Below, in pieces: positions 14,082 through 27,775 of a DNA stretch of 64,000 nt. The stretch's first letter is position 1. Each line of letters begins with the position of its first letter. Source of the stretch: Strigamia acuminata (lineage: Eukaryota); assembly GCA_949358305.1 (NCBI GenBank), contig OX442314.1, positions 16,740,001-16,804,000 of the forward strand, in the 5' to 3' direction. The position numbers and the translations under genes are program-made. Under the pieces are notes generated by a model, which made no database searches, was not told where the DNA came from, and saw only the letters and a program-made list of their open reading frames with translations.

Positions 14082-15194
14082 CTGAACTCAGCACCTTGTG
14101 GTGCAAAATGTCTTGGAATCCTGTCCTTTTCAGAATCTAAAGCTGTGGTTAGAAAGAACGCAATTGTCGAGACGTTTCCTCTAATGCCATCGTTTTGTAT
14201 TTTTATAATGATAAAAATAAAAAATAAAAACTAGAAATATATACCATAATTTGGGACAGAAGAAGTACAATTTTAATTTCAAACTAAAAACATTTTATAG
14301 AGCTTGAAATGCCATTTTAAGTTTGAAAATTATTTCACTCGGATGCTTTCCTTGTGAGCCAGAGACCTGAACGTTTTTGTTTGCTCATTTCTTGCCGAAC
14401 ATTTTGACTAAAGTAGTGATTGTAGGGGAAAGCAATACCTACTATTCTAGTCTTTCAGTCGTCATGGAGCAATGGGGCAATGGAGGGCGCATCATTGTGC
14501 ATTTACTATTGAAATTTTTTTTAAAAAAAATGGCGATTCCGTGATTGCAACTCAACAGCTATTTTCCAGACTTAAAATGGTTTTAGTTTCAAATAAACAT
14601 TTTAATTAGTTACAGAGTAATTAAATTTTCAAAATCGTCAGGTCTATGGTTAACCCCGTATCAATACAATTCGTATATTCCAATGAAGCTGCCCTTCACA
14701 TTTCCAATTCACCTTTCATTTGAAGCTTTAAAAGATTATTCGTTTAGTGTTTTTCTTTTATTTTCCTTTAAAAGAATTTTAGAAAACTGCAATACTCAAG
14801 TTGACGTAACATTAACGGCTTAAGAATTAAGATCTTGCAAAGTAAAAACTTTGATTAATTCATAAAAAATGTATAATTTAGGTTTGTTTACAACTGCAGC
14901 GTACGACCTCCATCCCAATCACACAAATCTTGAACATGCAGCATCAATAAAACTTCAAGCTGTTGTTTTTCCGATCCTAACATCAAAACAAATAATTGAA
15001 AAACAAAACTTACCAGCAATGGAAATTTAAATTTCTTATTCGTTGCTGCATTTTAAAATAATTTAAAAGCATTTAAAATTCAGTTCACGGCTATTTTTTA
15101 AAGAACGGTACCTGAATTGAATTTTAATAGTCAAATTAATGTATATATATTGTGACTTATTTAAGCTCTCGGTTGATACATTCTAGAACAAAGC

Positions 15195-15381
15195 TAGTTC
15201 TTATCTCTGACACTAGATATCACACTTTTGCACAACCATTTTAAATCGATACTAGCAAAGAGTTAAGAGGCTACTGCACGGAAACGGGTCTCACTGTGGC
15301 TTGAAACCAATCGCCTACCACTTGCATCTTACTAACACAAATTCTTGTTTTGAAGTACATTGAAGCGTGAATAAGGTAAGT
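15195..15381 (+). promoter_or_regulatory. Putative promoter and non-coding first exon of sGC beta copy 1
   Basis: Block conserved with 27776-27982. Ends in AAG|GTAAGTC. The matching acceptor GTGCAG at ~17390 lies just before the ATG. Confidence 0.55.
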
Positions 15382-15666
15382 CGGTATCGTAAGAAAGCCA
15401 ACTTTTCAAACCTTACTTTTCCTGCTACTTTCGAGCTTACTATTTAACTAAGTTAAAATTTTGATTTGATAAACTAAACTAGGTTGTGAATAACGTTGGG
15501 AAAAGAATGAAATTGTTTTTTTTGAACTCATTTCATTTCCAGCCATTACGAATTGAAGTCGATGTGCATAGTTAACAAATAATTTCCTTGTATGTCGAAT
15601 TCGACAACTACGCTGTAGTATGTACACAACTATAGATATCCCAATTTACATTTTCTTCTATTTATG

Positions 15667-15792
15667 AAAAACTGATGTGAAATATAATTTATTCTTAAAC
15701 AATTTATAAAAAAAACTAATGTGAAATATAATTTATTCTTAAACAATTTAAGAAAAACTAATGTGAAATATAAGTTATTCTTAAACAATTTA
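15667..15792. repeat. ~43-bp tandem repeat, 3 copies
   Basis: Unit AAAACT(G/A)ATGTGAAATATAA(T/G)TTATTCTTAAACAATTTA. Confidence 0.85.
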
Positions 15793-17418
15793 TGAATATA
15801 CATGTTGACAGCAGTTACAAATAGTAATTGTTTTTTGATAATGTCTTAAAACATATTTTTTTTCGATTCAGATCGAATAAAGAAATGTTCAACACGTTAT
15901 CGAAATTTTTAAATTTATTTCAGCTGAATAAAAGAATGGATTTTCGTCTCGATTTAATACTGAGTACCATTTTATAAAATTCCATACCTAACTCGAGCGA
16001 AAACGAGTCTGTGTCCCAGATATCTCGACCTCCCACGCGCTCCCATCGCTTGACTGTTACATAATTGCAACATTTTATTTCAGCACTCACTTATATTATG
16101 ACTAGAGATATAAAAATTCCTGTACTTTACAATAAAATCTACATACGATAGATTACACTTGTGAGCTTAAATCGACTTTCAAAAAGTCCTTATTAACAGA
16201 ATATAAAAACAAAGCTCATTCTTGAGTCATTATAACTAACTTGTAAGTGTTGGACACTCATCAATCCCACAACATTAAAAACTATATAGAGGAGGGGTCT
16301 CAAAGATCAGGTCTTAAAGGGGAATAGCAAAGGTTTTTGAAAGGTCAAACTTTTGTGCTTTTCTTACTTACATTGCTCAACCCTACTACCAAATAAAATT
16401 TTATTACATTTGACGTATTACTACTAGATCAGAAATTCAAAATGTCAGGGTCACGACCGAAAGTAAGAGATTTTATACGAGATTTACGAGAGATTTTTTG
16501 GGGTAGCACGCAGAGTGAAGCAATTTGGCAGATCGCACCCGATATCGGGAATAACAGTGTACCAGAAGTGACCAATGAGCCAACAGCTTGAAAATCACCA
16601 TCCCCGTCACACAAATGTGTACACCATCCATACAGCAGAAGTAACAACAATAACAACCATGCCAAGATGGAAAACAATTCCCAGACAACAATAACAATGC
16701 TACGATGGAAAACAATTCCCATCAAGAGATGGTGCTGGAACAACACCCTCCCTATGCCGAGTGTGAGCCGATAAGTAAACACAATGAGTCAACACAAGCC
16801 TGTCAAGGTGTTAACCAGTCGAAATGAAAATAACAATAAAAACAACAAACAATCCCCTCCCTCTAAGTTGCAGTTGCAGTTGCACACAAGTAAACTCTCA
16901 CTCATTAGAACCAACTCTTACTCACTTGTTTATTCACATTTTCATGACAACATCATACAAAACTGAAACAATTCACAACTCAAATCATTATTATGAATCT
17001 TAATTGAAGTACACAACACTACTGTGCCCCTCTGAATATATTTTTTAAATCTCATATACCATGTTTACATGCATGGAATATTTCGAGTGAGGCGAAATAT
17101 TCCGTGTGCACAACTGGCATGTAAACAGGATTATCCGGATTATTCGAGGATTATTCGAGTAAGTGAATAATCCCTCGCAGAAGGTTGTTTAATTATTTTT
17201 ATTGCGCATGCGCGCATTGCTTCCGGCACTTCCCCATTGGTCGAAAACTGAAAATGATCATTGATCATGAATTATTTTCTGCATGTAAATGCAACAATTG
17301 GATTATTTCAACACACGGATTATTCACCACTCGAATTATAGTTTAATGATACTTCTTTACCTTTTTAAGATTACATAATACACCGTGCAGATACCACCAG
17401 TTCAAACATTTGTATAAA

Positions 17419-20400
17419 ATGGTAATAACTTTTTTTAAATACTAATACAATGAGTAACTAATAAAAATTGTTACTGTTGTTATTGTAGTATGGCTTTGTT
17501 AATCATGCCCTGGAATTGCTTGTATTAAGAACATATGGCCCAGAAGTTTGGGAAGAAATTAAGTAAGTAAACCATAATAAATAAGAAAAATTAAATTATT
17601 GAGACAGTCGGACCTCGTTGTAACAAATCGCAAGGGACCCAAGAAATCGGTTCGTTATAACGACAGTTCGTTATGACAAACGAGCTAAAAAAATTCAATT
17701 TCATCATAAAAAAATCATTAATTATGTCATGTACAGTGTGATTTTTGTACGAATGGAAGTTTTTCCAGTAGCTGCATTCCAGAAGTCATGTTTCAAGTGT
17801 ATATATGTTTGTGTTTTTGCTTTGTATTGTTAAAAAATTCCAAAACATAAACACAGACACCGAAAACACTCTACACAAAAGTTTTTGCATGCAGCTAGTA
17901 TTTTAATAATGAAATTGTTTGCCTCTAAGTCGCTTTCAGGTTAAGCAGCTTAAATAAGGACATCAGTTTTGATTCATGTGATCAAAATTCGTTATAACAA
18001 GGGGTTGTGGGTATTAAAGTGTTTCAGAAAATTGTTTGTTATAACGAATAATTCGTTATATTAAAATTCATTATACAGTATCAAATATTTTAACATGGTC
18101 TTGGTCTTCTATGGCTGGCCAACCAAGTCATTTTAACAATTCGTATACCGTATTAAAAATTCGTTATAACGCAATTAATTATAACGAGGTTCGTATTATA
18201 CAATATCGGCCGATAGCCGATAGTCTAATAGAAATCCGATAATCTTTTAACTGACCTGACCACTAACCTTGTTTTCAAATTCTGACAGAAAAGACTTACA
18301 ATCTGTTTGGTTTATGCTTCTTGGTATTTGACCAAAGTTTACATTATTTCCGTTATTTCATCCTTGCATGTAAACATCAAATCAATAAGCGCGCTCTAGC
18401 ACATGTTTATTTCACTTCAAAGGAGTTCTAAAACAAAAGAGAACAAAAACACATTAGTTGTGCAATTCAATCATCAAATTCAAAATTAATTTTGGCTAGA
18501 TTTGGCTACGTCAACGAATACTGAAGCAGCCATTTTTGTTTTACCCGGTAGCATACATGACATGATTCAATCTGCGCATGCTCGAAAGAGTGTCACTACT
18601 AAATGAAAAATATACCCAAAAAAGTACTGCAAATCATTAAACTAATTCGTTTTAAAACATTTTAACATGAATGAATTAAATTATTTAAGGTACTATTTCT
18701 AGATATTAAAATAGGTGTATAGTGACACCTAAATAATGCAAATAATTACGATTTTTTTCAACAAAATACAGTCGAAACTCTTTATAACGAATCGCAAGGA
18801 AACCGAAAAATAAATTCGTTATAATGAGAATTCGTTATATCAAAATTTTTTAACATGGTGTTCTATGGCCAGCCAACCAAACCAGCCATTTTTAGGTATT
18901 CGTTATATCGATAATTCGTTATATCGCGATTCGTTATAAAGAGTTTCGACTGTACCTACAATTTAGAATGCAATTTTAGATGCAAATGTTGAAAATCGTC
19001 TAAAAATTTCCTGGACTATTATACTGTATATGACCATATGATTGACAAGTCCAGAAACCACCCTCGAATCTCCCGGCAACTTGCGGATGGCTTATCCCTT
19101 CGTACAGATGCTTGAATACGGAGTACCGAGTCGTCCGGGGTCCTTTATCAGCCGATATTGGCTTCATATAAGTTATTGCAACATTAAAAACATACGACAT
19201 AATAGAAAAATCAAAATCAAAATCAAGGACCGACAAAAACGGATTCGATGATAAGAATTTTCAGATAACATGAACATGACAGTTGAAAATTAAATGAAAT
19301 AAAATTCCAATAAAAAATACTTTCAATCATTTCAGGAAAGAGGCAGAAGTAAGGATGGAAGGACAGTTTTTAGTGCGCTTAATTTACGATGATGAAATAA
19401 CATACAATCTCGTCGCAGCTGCAGAAGTTGTTTTAAGTAAGTAATAAACTCGAAATAATTACATTTTCTTTTAACTCAGAAATGCAAATTTAGAATTATC
19501 AGCCGAGGAGATATTGGAAATGTTTGGTGTCATGTTTTTTGAATTTTGCAAGGAGTCTGGCTATGACAAAATTATGCAAGTGTTGGGTGGAACTCCGAGA
19601 GATTTCCTTCAAAATTTAGATGCTCTCCACGACCACTTGGGAACTATTTATCCTGGAATGCGCGCACCTTCATTTCGATGCAGTGAAAGACCGGAAGACG
19701 GCGCTTTAATTCTACATTACTATTCCGAGAGAGAGGGACTTGAGCCCATTGTGATTGGAATAGTCAAGGTGAGCACATTTGGTGCATCACAATTTAAATT
19801 TCAAAGAAAAATGTTGAACAATTATTTCTTGTTTCCAGTCTGTCGCGAAACAATTACACAATACGGAAATTGACATGAAAATTCTTCGAACTAAAGAAGC
19901 ATCAGATCATGCTCAGTTCATAATAATCGAAAAGAATAAACAAGAACGAATTAAAAATTATGACTATGAAGAATTCGATACTTTGTCTAAAGGTTTTTCA
20001 TATTTTTTTTTATTTTTTTTTTTATTTTTATTTTTTCTAAATTTTTTTTTCATTGCAGAACCAAAAATTAGTCCTGCGACATTTAGCCGAGCATTTCCTT
20101 TTCACATAATATTTGGGCGTGATATGATCGTTCGTCAGGCTGGACTTTCCATCGCCCGCGTTTTGCCTCAATTAATCGAAGAAAATTGCAACATTACAAA
20201 TATCATGGACATGGCTCGTCCTCACCTTGCCTTCACATTTAACAATATACTATCTCACATCAATACAATTTATGTTTTAGTAACCAAAGAAGGAATCTCG
20301 GACACGCATGTTGATAATAAATATGCTCCTCCTAATGAAACCTCACCAATGAGATTAAAAGCGAGTTTATTTTCAATAAATGTTGATATTTTCATTTTTT

Positions 20401-21728
20401 AAATTTCATTTTACAAAATCTTTTCGTTTAGGGACAAATGTTGTTTGTATCAGAAACCGACGTTATTTTATTTCTTTGTTCACCAAGTGTTCTTAATTTG
20501 GAAGATCTCAACAAGTAAGTTATTTGAACGCAACGACATCGATCGTGGAAACTTGCAAATTAATATTGCTTTTTTTTAGACGTGGGCTCTTTTTATCTGA
20601 CATTCCTTTGCACGATGCAACTAGAGATTTAGTTCTGCTATCCGAACAATTTGAAGCCGAGTATAAATTAACACAAAACCTGGAGATCTTAACTGATAAA
20701 TTGCAACAGACCTACAGAGATCTAGAAGATGAAAAAAAGAAAACTGACAGGTTTTTAATTCAAATACTATACTGTACTATACTATGAACAGTTAATTTTT
20801 TAAATTTTTTTATAGATTACTCTACTCCATTCTACCGGCATCTGTTGCCAATGAACTCCGTCACAAACGACCAGTACCAGCGAGACGATACGATTCAGTA
20901 ACACTTTTATTCAGTGGAGTTGTCGGCTTTAGTGACTACTGTGCTCGGAATTCCGATGCCCAAGGAGCCATGAAAATAGTTCAGTTGCTCAACGACATAT
21001 ATACAACTTTCGATGTATTAACCGAGCCCAAAAAAAATCCAAATGTCTATAAAGTAAGACAATACTAAAACATGAATTGAATTGAATTTAAAAACGGTAT
21101 GCTTTTCTTTGAGGTTGAAACTATAGGTGATAAATATATGGCCGTCAGTGGATTGCCCGAACCTTGTGACTTTCACGCTAAATGCATCGCTAATTTAGCA
21201 TTGGATATGATGAGTCTTTCGCATAAGATTAAAACTGTCGAAGGAGATTCAATGGTAACTAGAATCAAAATATCTTGTAACCAATGGGCACCCAAAGTCG
21301 GGTTAATAATAAACTCAAAAGGCCCAAAGGCTGCAAGAAACCATAACCTTAATGCGTTAATATTATATTCTACATTGTTCAACAGCAAATCACTATTGGT
21401 ATACATTCTGGTGAAGTGGTGACGGGAGTAATAGGCCAACGAATGCCACGATACTGCCTGTTTGGAAACACAGTGAACTTAACCAGTAGAACTGAAACAA
21501 CTGGTCAAAAGGGAAGAATTAATGTATCGGATGATGCATACAAGTAAATAAAACAATTATAATTATAGTTGAGTTTATCCATATTTGACTTCACCCATTT
21601 GTAGACATTTGCAAGAACCTCAGAATCATGATCCAACATTTAAATTTTCCTACCGTGGTGAGATAACCATGAAAGGCAAGAAAGAGCCGATGAAGGTTTG
21701 GTTTTTGGAAAGAAAGCAACCGGAATAA
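17419..21728 (+). CDS. GUCY1B1: Soluble guanylate cyclase beta-1-type subunit, copy 1 (~607 aa)
   Basis: Exons 17419-17421 (ATG only), 17489-17562, 19336-19436, 19494-19768, 19839-19992, 20059-20360 (GC donor), 20432-20514, 20580-20750, 20816-21053, 21114-21254, 21386-21543, 21605-21728. Motifs [17 protein letters not shown] (haem His105), YYSER, Ile145, LFSGVVGF and [21 protein letters not shown]. Confidence 0.96.
17605..18198. mobile_element. Older pogo/Tigger-like non-autonomous element in an sGC beta intron
   Basis: Starts CAGTCGGACCTCGTTGTAAC and ends TTATAACGAGGTTCG. Many TTCGTTATA repeats. Related to 18769-18952. Confidence 0.6.
18769..18952. mobile_element. pogo/Tigger-like MITE
   Basis: Perfect 27-bp TIR CAGTCGAAACTCTTTATAACGAATCGC with TA on both flanks. 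Confidence 0.9.
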
Positions 21729-23132
21729 ATAAAAATTTGATCCAAACTTCATATATTTTTCCTCACACTATAGAAGTAGAATAATTCACTGACCAATAAA
21801 TGTGTATAATTTCTTTAATAAAATCTATTTGCGCACGACTTAACAAACCATTACATCTACAATCTACAATAACAAAACAAAGCCATTCCTGTCTGCAGTG
21901 AATTCTATTCATATGTAAATTATCACTACCGTACTTGAACTAAGCATTTACCGCTAATGGTTTGTAAATATCCATATTTACCAACCATCCCAAAAACTGC
22001 TCAACTGTTGAGGAGCACTTAGTAAGCACTAAGTAAACAACTCACCTATGTAACAAACCAATGCCTTACTAAGCCCTCACTTCATTATTCCAACAGTGTT
22101 TTGAGTCCTCGGGTTTGTCGTAGTGACAAGCCCCGTTGCAGGCTTACTTGGCAGACTGTTACAGCCCTCAGTAGTCAATATTTAATCTGTGCAAGTATTT
22201 GTTGTGAGAGCAACTCATTTTGACTCACTAAAGGTATTCACTCTTACTTGTTAGATTTGATGGAATAACGTTCACAACACACATTGATGATGAATAAACA
22301 AGTATAATGTTCCATACAGTTGTTAAATTACACAGATTGAGTACACACGAATTTAAGCTTCATTACATCATTCCAAGCAACACAATATAATCTCGAACAC
22401 AGTATAATTATACATAAAAAACTCTAACATTACTAACTGTTCATTTTCAAACATTATTCTACTGCTCCAGCTGTTTCTAATGATGGTGCCACCTAATCAG
22501 TAATGCATTATCACATGGGCACTCATCTAGAGCACAATATTTATTATTTTTATTGATTTATTTATTCGGTATTCATAATCATAATGCTATGGTTGGAGAA
22601 TTCGGCCAAGCAATGAGCGTTTTGTGCTATTCATCACTGAATGCCCAAAATAATAGTGAATGTAGGTTGGTACTTTTATTTCAGGAGCACTTCTAAACTT
22701 TCAAATGATCATTAAAATGGGGCACTTGTAATCGATTATAAAGACTGCTGCTTCATTAATTTCATCCTAAAAACGACTATGAATTAAAAAAAAAACTTGC
22801 CCCTGCTATTTGAGATGTTCGTTCCAGTTTCTAAACAACTTTAATTTGTACAAGCAACAAGTGGTACCCAGTCAATTAAATTAGACATGTGCAGTCATTA
22901 CAGGCAATGTAATGTGGAATGAAAAGATGTGCAAGGTCAGTTAATTACACCAAGGATATAGACAAGAAAAGAATAACGGAGACTTAGCCGGCAATCTTAA
23001 TTAACCTGTGTTTCAGTCCACTACTTGTTCCTTTGTAAACTGTCAGGTCGATTATCCAATTCACATCCCTTTTTCAATAGAAACAATGTATTGGTAGTCG
23101 GTGCGTTGACGTTGTTTTCTAATTACATAATA

Positions 23133-23394
23133 CCGTATTTTATCGATTAAGAGCCGCGGATCTTATTCAAAACTGCCATATTTGTCAGCAATTACAATTT
23201 CGGTTTTTTTGTTTGTTTAATGTAACAAACGAAGTCTGAACATCACGAACGAAGCTTCCGTTCATCGTTCGTGAGGTTAAATACGGAAACAATACCGTAC
23301 TTTTGCAAAAATACGATATTCTTGGTGTCTCAGCCGCGGCTACTATTCGAGGGCTGTTACAATTCGAGGGCGACTCTTAATCAGTAAAATACGG
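23133..23394. mobile_element. Tc2/pogo-like MITE
   Basis: TA-CCGTATTTTA..GATTAAGAG(C/T)CGC ... TAAAATACGG-TA. Confidence 0.8.
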
Positions 23395-23614
23395 TAATCA
23401 CAAAAATAATAATTGTAATTTCATCATTTCAAACATTTACTCCCTAACCTTTTTATAATAGCAATTACGTAGTTTCGCTCGTCCTCTGCCAGCTTTTCCA
23501 ACGTGCCCTTTGCTTTACGGATATCCAATAATTCCAAACGGTGAAATAATAAATAATTTCCAGTAAGTAAAATTAAATTGCAAATAACCCTAATTGGTAA
23601 GCACAATCTACGTA

Positions 23615-23809
23615 CAGTGGTGGGCAAAAAAAACTTCCCTTCAGTTTAGCTGTTTTAAGTTTATCTATCATTATTTGCCAGGTCTATCTTTTAATACTGT
23701 TGTTTAGGGTAAGACGAGAGACCGAGTCAAGATTGATGGATTTTTATGCCACCTGGTAGATAAACTTAAAACAGCTAAACTGAAGGAAAGTTTTTTTTGT
23801 CCACCACTG
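23615..23809. mobile_element. Tc1-like MITE
   Basis: ~53 bp TIR CAGTGGTGG(G/A)CAAAAAAAACTT..CTTCAGTTTAGCTGTTTTAAGTTTATCTA with a TA TSD. Confidence 0.88.
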
Positions 23810-23887
23810 TACATAAGTAACAAGCAAATAAATTATACAAAGTGACTATAGGTAAATCGATACATCAAGTGTCAGTTGCTTTTAACC

Positions 23888-23959
23888 AAATTTCCCACAA
23901 AACACTTATTATATTAAAAGCTTTTGCTTTTAATATAATAGGTGTTTTGTGAGAAATTT
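23888..23959. repeat. Hairpin-type inverted repeat (34-bp arms, TTTT loop)
   Basis: AAATTTCCCACAAAACACTTATTATATTAAAAGC-TTTT-GCTTTTAATATAATAGGTGTTTTGTGAGAAATTT, with 2 mismatches. Confidence 0.85.
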
Positions 23960-24477
23960 CAGCTGTTATAAAATAAATTAAATCTGTTTACGAAGATAAA
24001 TGTTTAAAACATGTGCATTTTAATACGCCCAAAGGAATCTTCACAGCTCGTTCCCATTTTATATTCATGTTGAACTTGCTCCCCTATTCAATCTAGGATC
24101 ATGTACTATTTTTTATTTCACCTGGTAACCAACTAATGAATCGAAAATGTAGTTCATTATACCATTACCACATAACACAACGACTGCAGCGTTTCTGTCT
24201 AATAAAATTGTTCTTTATTTTGTGTCACCTCGATCCAATTATGCAAATCCCGACTGAGGGTCTCCACCACCGGAAAAAGTTGTCTCTAATTTTGCGAACC
24301 CAGAACGTAACTGGCGACATCCGGTTGACCAAGAACGGGTGCAAATTGTGCTTTCAATTTGCGAATGCAATAAACGTTATTCAACTTAACCGAAAGACGA
24401 GTAATCCTCCCAATCGATTTACAACAAAAATGAGCAACTCAAATGAGATGTTAAGTCGTGGAAGGACAGTGCTAATA

Positions 24478-24665
24478 AGTGCATTCAAAAACTCTAAAAC
24501 ATATGCAAAACTCGTTTCGTGTTGAATAACATGAATAACATTGAATAACATGTTATTCAATGAAATAATATGAATAACATTGAATAACATGTTATTCAAT
24601 AGGAATGACGTCACGTACAAACACGAAACGAGTTTTGCATACGTTTTAGAGTTTTTGAATGCACC
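24478..24665. mobile_element. MITE with an internal TGAATAACA tandem array
   Basis: ~45 bp TIR GTGCATTCAAAAACTCTAAAAC(A/G)TATGCAAAACTCGTTTCGTGTT with TA flanks. Confidence 0.8.
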
Positions 24666-25321
24666 TACTGAATCGAATTTTTGACACTTGGATCACCGTT
24701 AAAAAAAGGAATTGAACATTTAATATTAAATGATATTTAATAGAATAATTTCTCTGCGAAATCAGGTAGTGTAGTTAAAGTTAAAAAAAAATTTTCTACA
24801 ATTACCGGTATGTTTCATAAAAACAATTCAAGAGAATTAAGATTGAAAAGAAATTAATGACTAATGTCAAACTGAAAAATCCACATTGACACAATTGCAC
24901 TTTAGCTGTTTTAAAAAGATTAGACACAACAGCAAACTCCTGTCAATTATTGTGGCTGAAAAAGAGAAAGTTTAAATCCAGAAAAAAATTAAAACGTCAA
25001 TGAAAACTTTTCACTTTAATTTTTGTCAGAGATTTACTCTAAATTTTATGATCCACATTTAAATGCCTAAAGAAAATAAAACGTGATTAAATGATATCCA
25101 CAAGCAAAGTAAATAAAGTGAACAATAACATGCAAACATATTTGAATAAACTTCTAGCCAATGCATAATCAACTGTTTACATTTGCTGTCGCCCATGTTG
25201 ATGAGATGGGTAGAGACTTCTTGGCAACACCATGAATATCTGTTCCTACAAAACACAATTTTCTTGAAAATGTTGCCACAATCTCAAAAAATATTAGGTT
25301 CCGATGCCATACAATTCGAAT

Positions 25322-25656
25322 GGCTCACCACACTCGTCACCTGTTCCCATTAGAAAACAGAAGTTAAGCAGTACCGGTATTGGGCCTTCAGTACTTGGAT
25401 GGGTCACCAACTGAGAATTTCTGTTGTTTCTCATCCTTATCTGACTAAAGTACTGTTTCAAGAGCAAGAACATCTGCCACTTATCTCCAACTGGATTTTC
25501 TATGGTTTCTTAGCTCACGGTGCAAACGTGAGAAAGTCGTCCTTCAGATCAGCGGCTTGCATGGCTTAATCCCCTCATAGGCACTCGTCAAGAAAGTGAT
25601 TACCACCATTACCACGCATAATGTCAATAATACAATTCAATACAATACAATACAAT
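25322..25656 (+). mobile_element. 5S rRNA-derived SINE (SINE3-type)
   Basis: Head resembles 5S rRNA: CAGAAGTTAAGCAG (box A, ~25358-25371) and AGTACTTGGATGGGTCACC (IE/box C, 25390-25408). Followed by an unrelated body and a (CAATA)n tail. Confidence 0.7.
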
Positions 25657-27031
25657 ATCTACCCAATGTTATACAATGGCTGCTACATCACTGTAAACGT
25701 CTTAAAACAAAGTTGGTTTTCAATTGTTTAATGCAACTAATGCATCTAGTGGAAATGGAGTAAGATAAAAGTAAAGTGGTTATGGGGGTTTTCAAAAGCC
25801 AATATTTCTTTCCTTTGAAGAACACCAACAAAGCTTTTATGACCTCTGTCCACCCTCTGGCTGTGAATGTTCAAATATCACTAATCAAAAATGAAAGAAG
25901 GCAAACATTTACAGCCTGAAGACGTCCAGATACTAGATCAAAAAGCTTTTAGTATTTCTTATACAGTATTTGCTTAGTTTGAACAAAATAAATTAATTTT
26001 TTTTTTCACGTAAACAAACACTGGCGTAGAATTGTGCTTTTTATTCGAGTCTGGCAAAAGCTACCTGCTAGCTAGACGATTCAAAGACGAGATTTTATGA
26101 ACATCATAAAAACAAGTTTAATGCAAAATGAAAGCAGACTAATTCCCTAACAACAGAAAGCTTGGTTACTGTTGGCCAGCAACCAACAGCCACAATACTA
26201 AAAAAAAATCAACTACTATGCCCAATCAACAATAATTAGCCGGTTTTACAATAGGAATGCAAATCCGAACAACGTTTCTTTCAGAACCTCTGACGAACTT
26301 GGTTTTTCATTTCAATCCCAACATACAACTTCTCGACCATGGGGTATATTGTGCATGTCTAAACATTGGAATAATCCATGTTTAAAAATGTATCAGTCGT
26401 TTGATTGAAATGCAGGAAAAAAACATCTCGGCTGAATGGAATTTTAAAAACATTTACGTGGACTTAAAGTTACTAAACACTCATCTATTTCCACTAAAGA
26501 AGATTTTAAAATAATAATTAAATAAAAAGTTACAACCATATTGCTTTTGCCAAAATAATAGAATAAAGACATTTTAGTGCCAAAATCTTGGAATATTTTA
26601 GAAATAGCTCTCTATACGAGTTTAAATCACAGCTGTGTGCGCGAAAAAACATTGTTGGCTCTTCTTTTTACTATATTGATCGTTTCTAATCTTTGAACCA
26701 TCAATCAAAACCGCACAACTTTGGCATCCTGATGCAATTACACAAATTTGTGGCCTGAGAGAAGTTTGAGAGAAGTTTGGCTACAAATTTTTCACCAAAA
26801 CGGCTTTTTATACTTCTCTTTACATAATTTCTTTAGTAAAATGTAGATTCCCACACCCTGACTAGTCGGTAAACTTCATCCCAAAATTTGGCCTCCATTT
26901 TGAACAGCACAATAAACCCAGTGGGTTTACAATGGTGTTTTTTTTTTTACTTTAGCTGATTTATGATGCTTACATCATAAATCAGCAAACGTGAAATTTT
27001 TATTAAAAACAAATTTTAAATAAAGAGAGAA

Positions 27032-27355
27032 TTAACCCAGAACGACCGAAACCGGTCAAAATGACCAGTCGAAATAGCATGAACAATACGCGCACAATAC
27101 GTGCATACAATGTTTTGGCGTCAAATTGGTTTGTTTTAAATTCAGAAACACGCAAAACATGTGAATAAAATACTAAAACAAAAATTGATGGATTTTATAA
27201 AATCTGATAAATTTAAAACGGAAATTTTAATTTTAGACACGTGCAATTCAATTTTGGATAGATCTGGTTCCCCGGTATAGATGATTAAACTATATCTATT
27301 AAATTATTATTTTCTCAATGGGTGTTATGATCGGTTTTGACCATTCTAGTGTTAA
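27032..27355. mobile_element. Possible piggyBac-like non-autonomous element
   Basis: TTAA-CCCAGAACGACCGAAACC ... GGTTTTGACCATTCTAGTG-TTAA; the TIR is imperfect. Confidence 0.35.
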
Positions 27356-27775
27356 TACACCACAAGACATACCGAGCACCAAAAATGTAAATACCGATAC
27401 AAATTTACAGTATAATAAAAAAAAAAAATTTTCATGCATGAAATATAGATGTCCAGTTTGGGACTCTATCGTTGCACTGAGCTAGGACTCCGCTAGGCAA
27501 ATGGACAATTTGTTAACCAATTAATATAGAAGTCAAAGCTGGAATTAGGCCTTAGGCAAGCTATTCAAAGCATTTAACCTAACCCAGCCGGGTTAACCTG
27601 GATCTAACAGTTCCCCGCCCCCGTCTGTATAAACTTAACCTGCAATTAGATTGTTTTATTAAAAAGTATTTCTTGGTTAATTCTTGTTAAAATACCGTTG
27701 TGTCGTCAGATTCCGTATTGATATGCGTGAATATTTATTTTATTTTGTTTTGTGGTTTGATATATTCAAAAAAGG

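Noticed and set aside
16429..17030. GC-richer block with ORFs 16429-16782 and 16473-16715; possible LTR or gene
   Set aside because: Low-complexity ACA repeats, no recognisable domain, and no convincing TG..CA ends with a TSD.
17061..17290. TTTACATGCA...TGCATGTAAA-bounded segment with GGATTATTCGAG repeats
   Set aside because: Probably a decayed non-autonomous DNA element, but the ends and TSD could not be fixed.
22097..22453. Possible solo LTR (TGTTTTGA...TCAAACA)
   Set aside because: No target-site duplication and no second copy in the window.
24523..24600. ORFs 24136-24525 and 24381-24620 with the repeated NNMLFNVIH peptide
   Set aside because: Translation of the TGAATAACA tandem array inside a MITE.
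25322..25425. Functional 5S rRNA gene
   Set aside because: Diverged, with an insertion between the boxes and no oligo-T terminator, and it continues into a SINE-like body.
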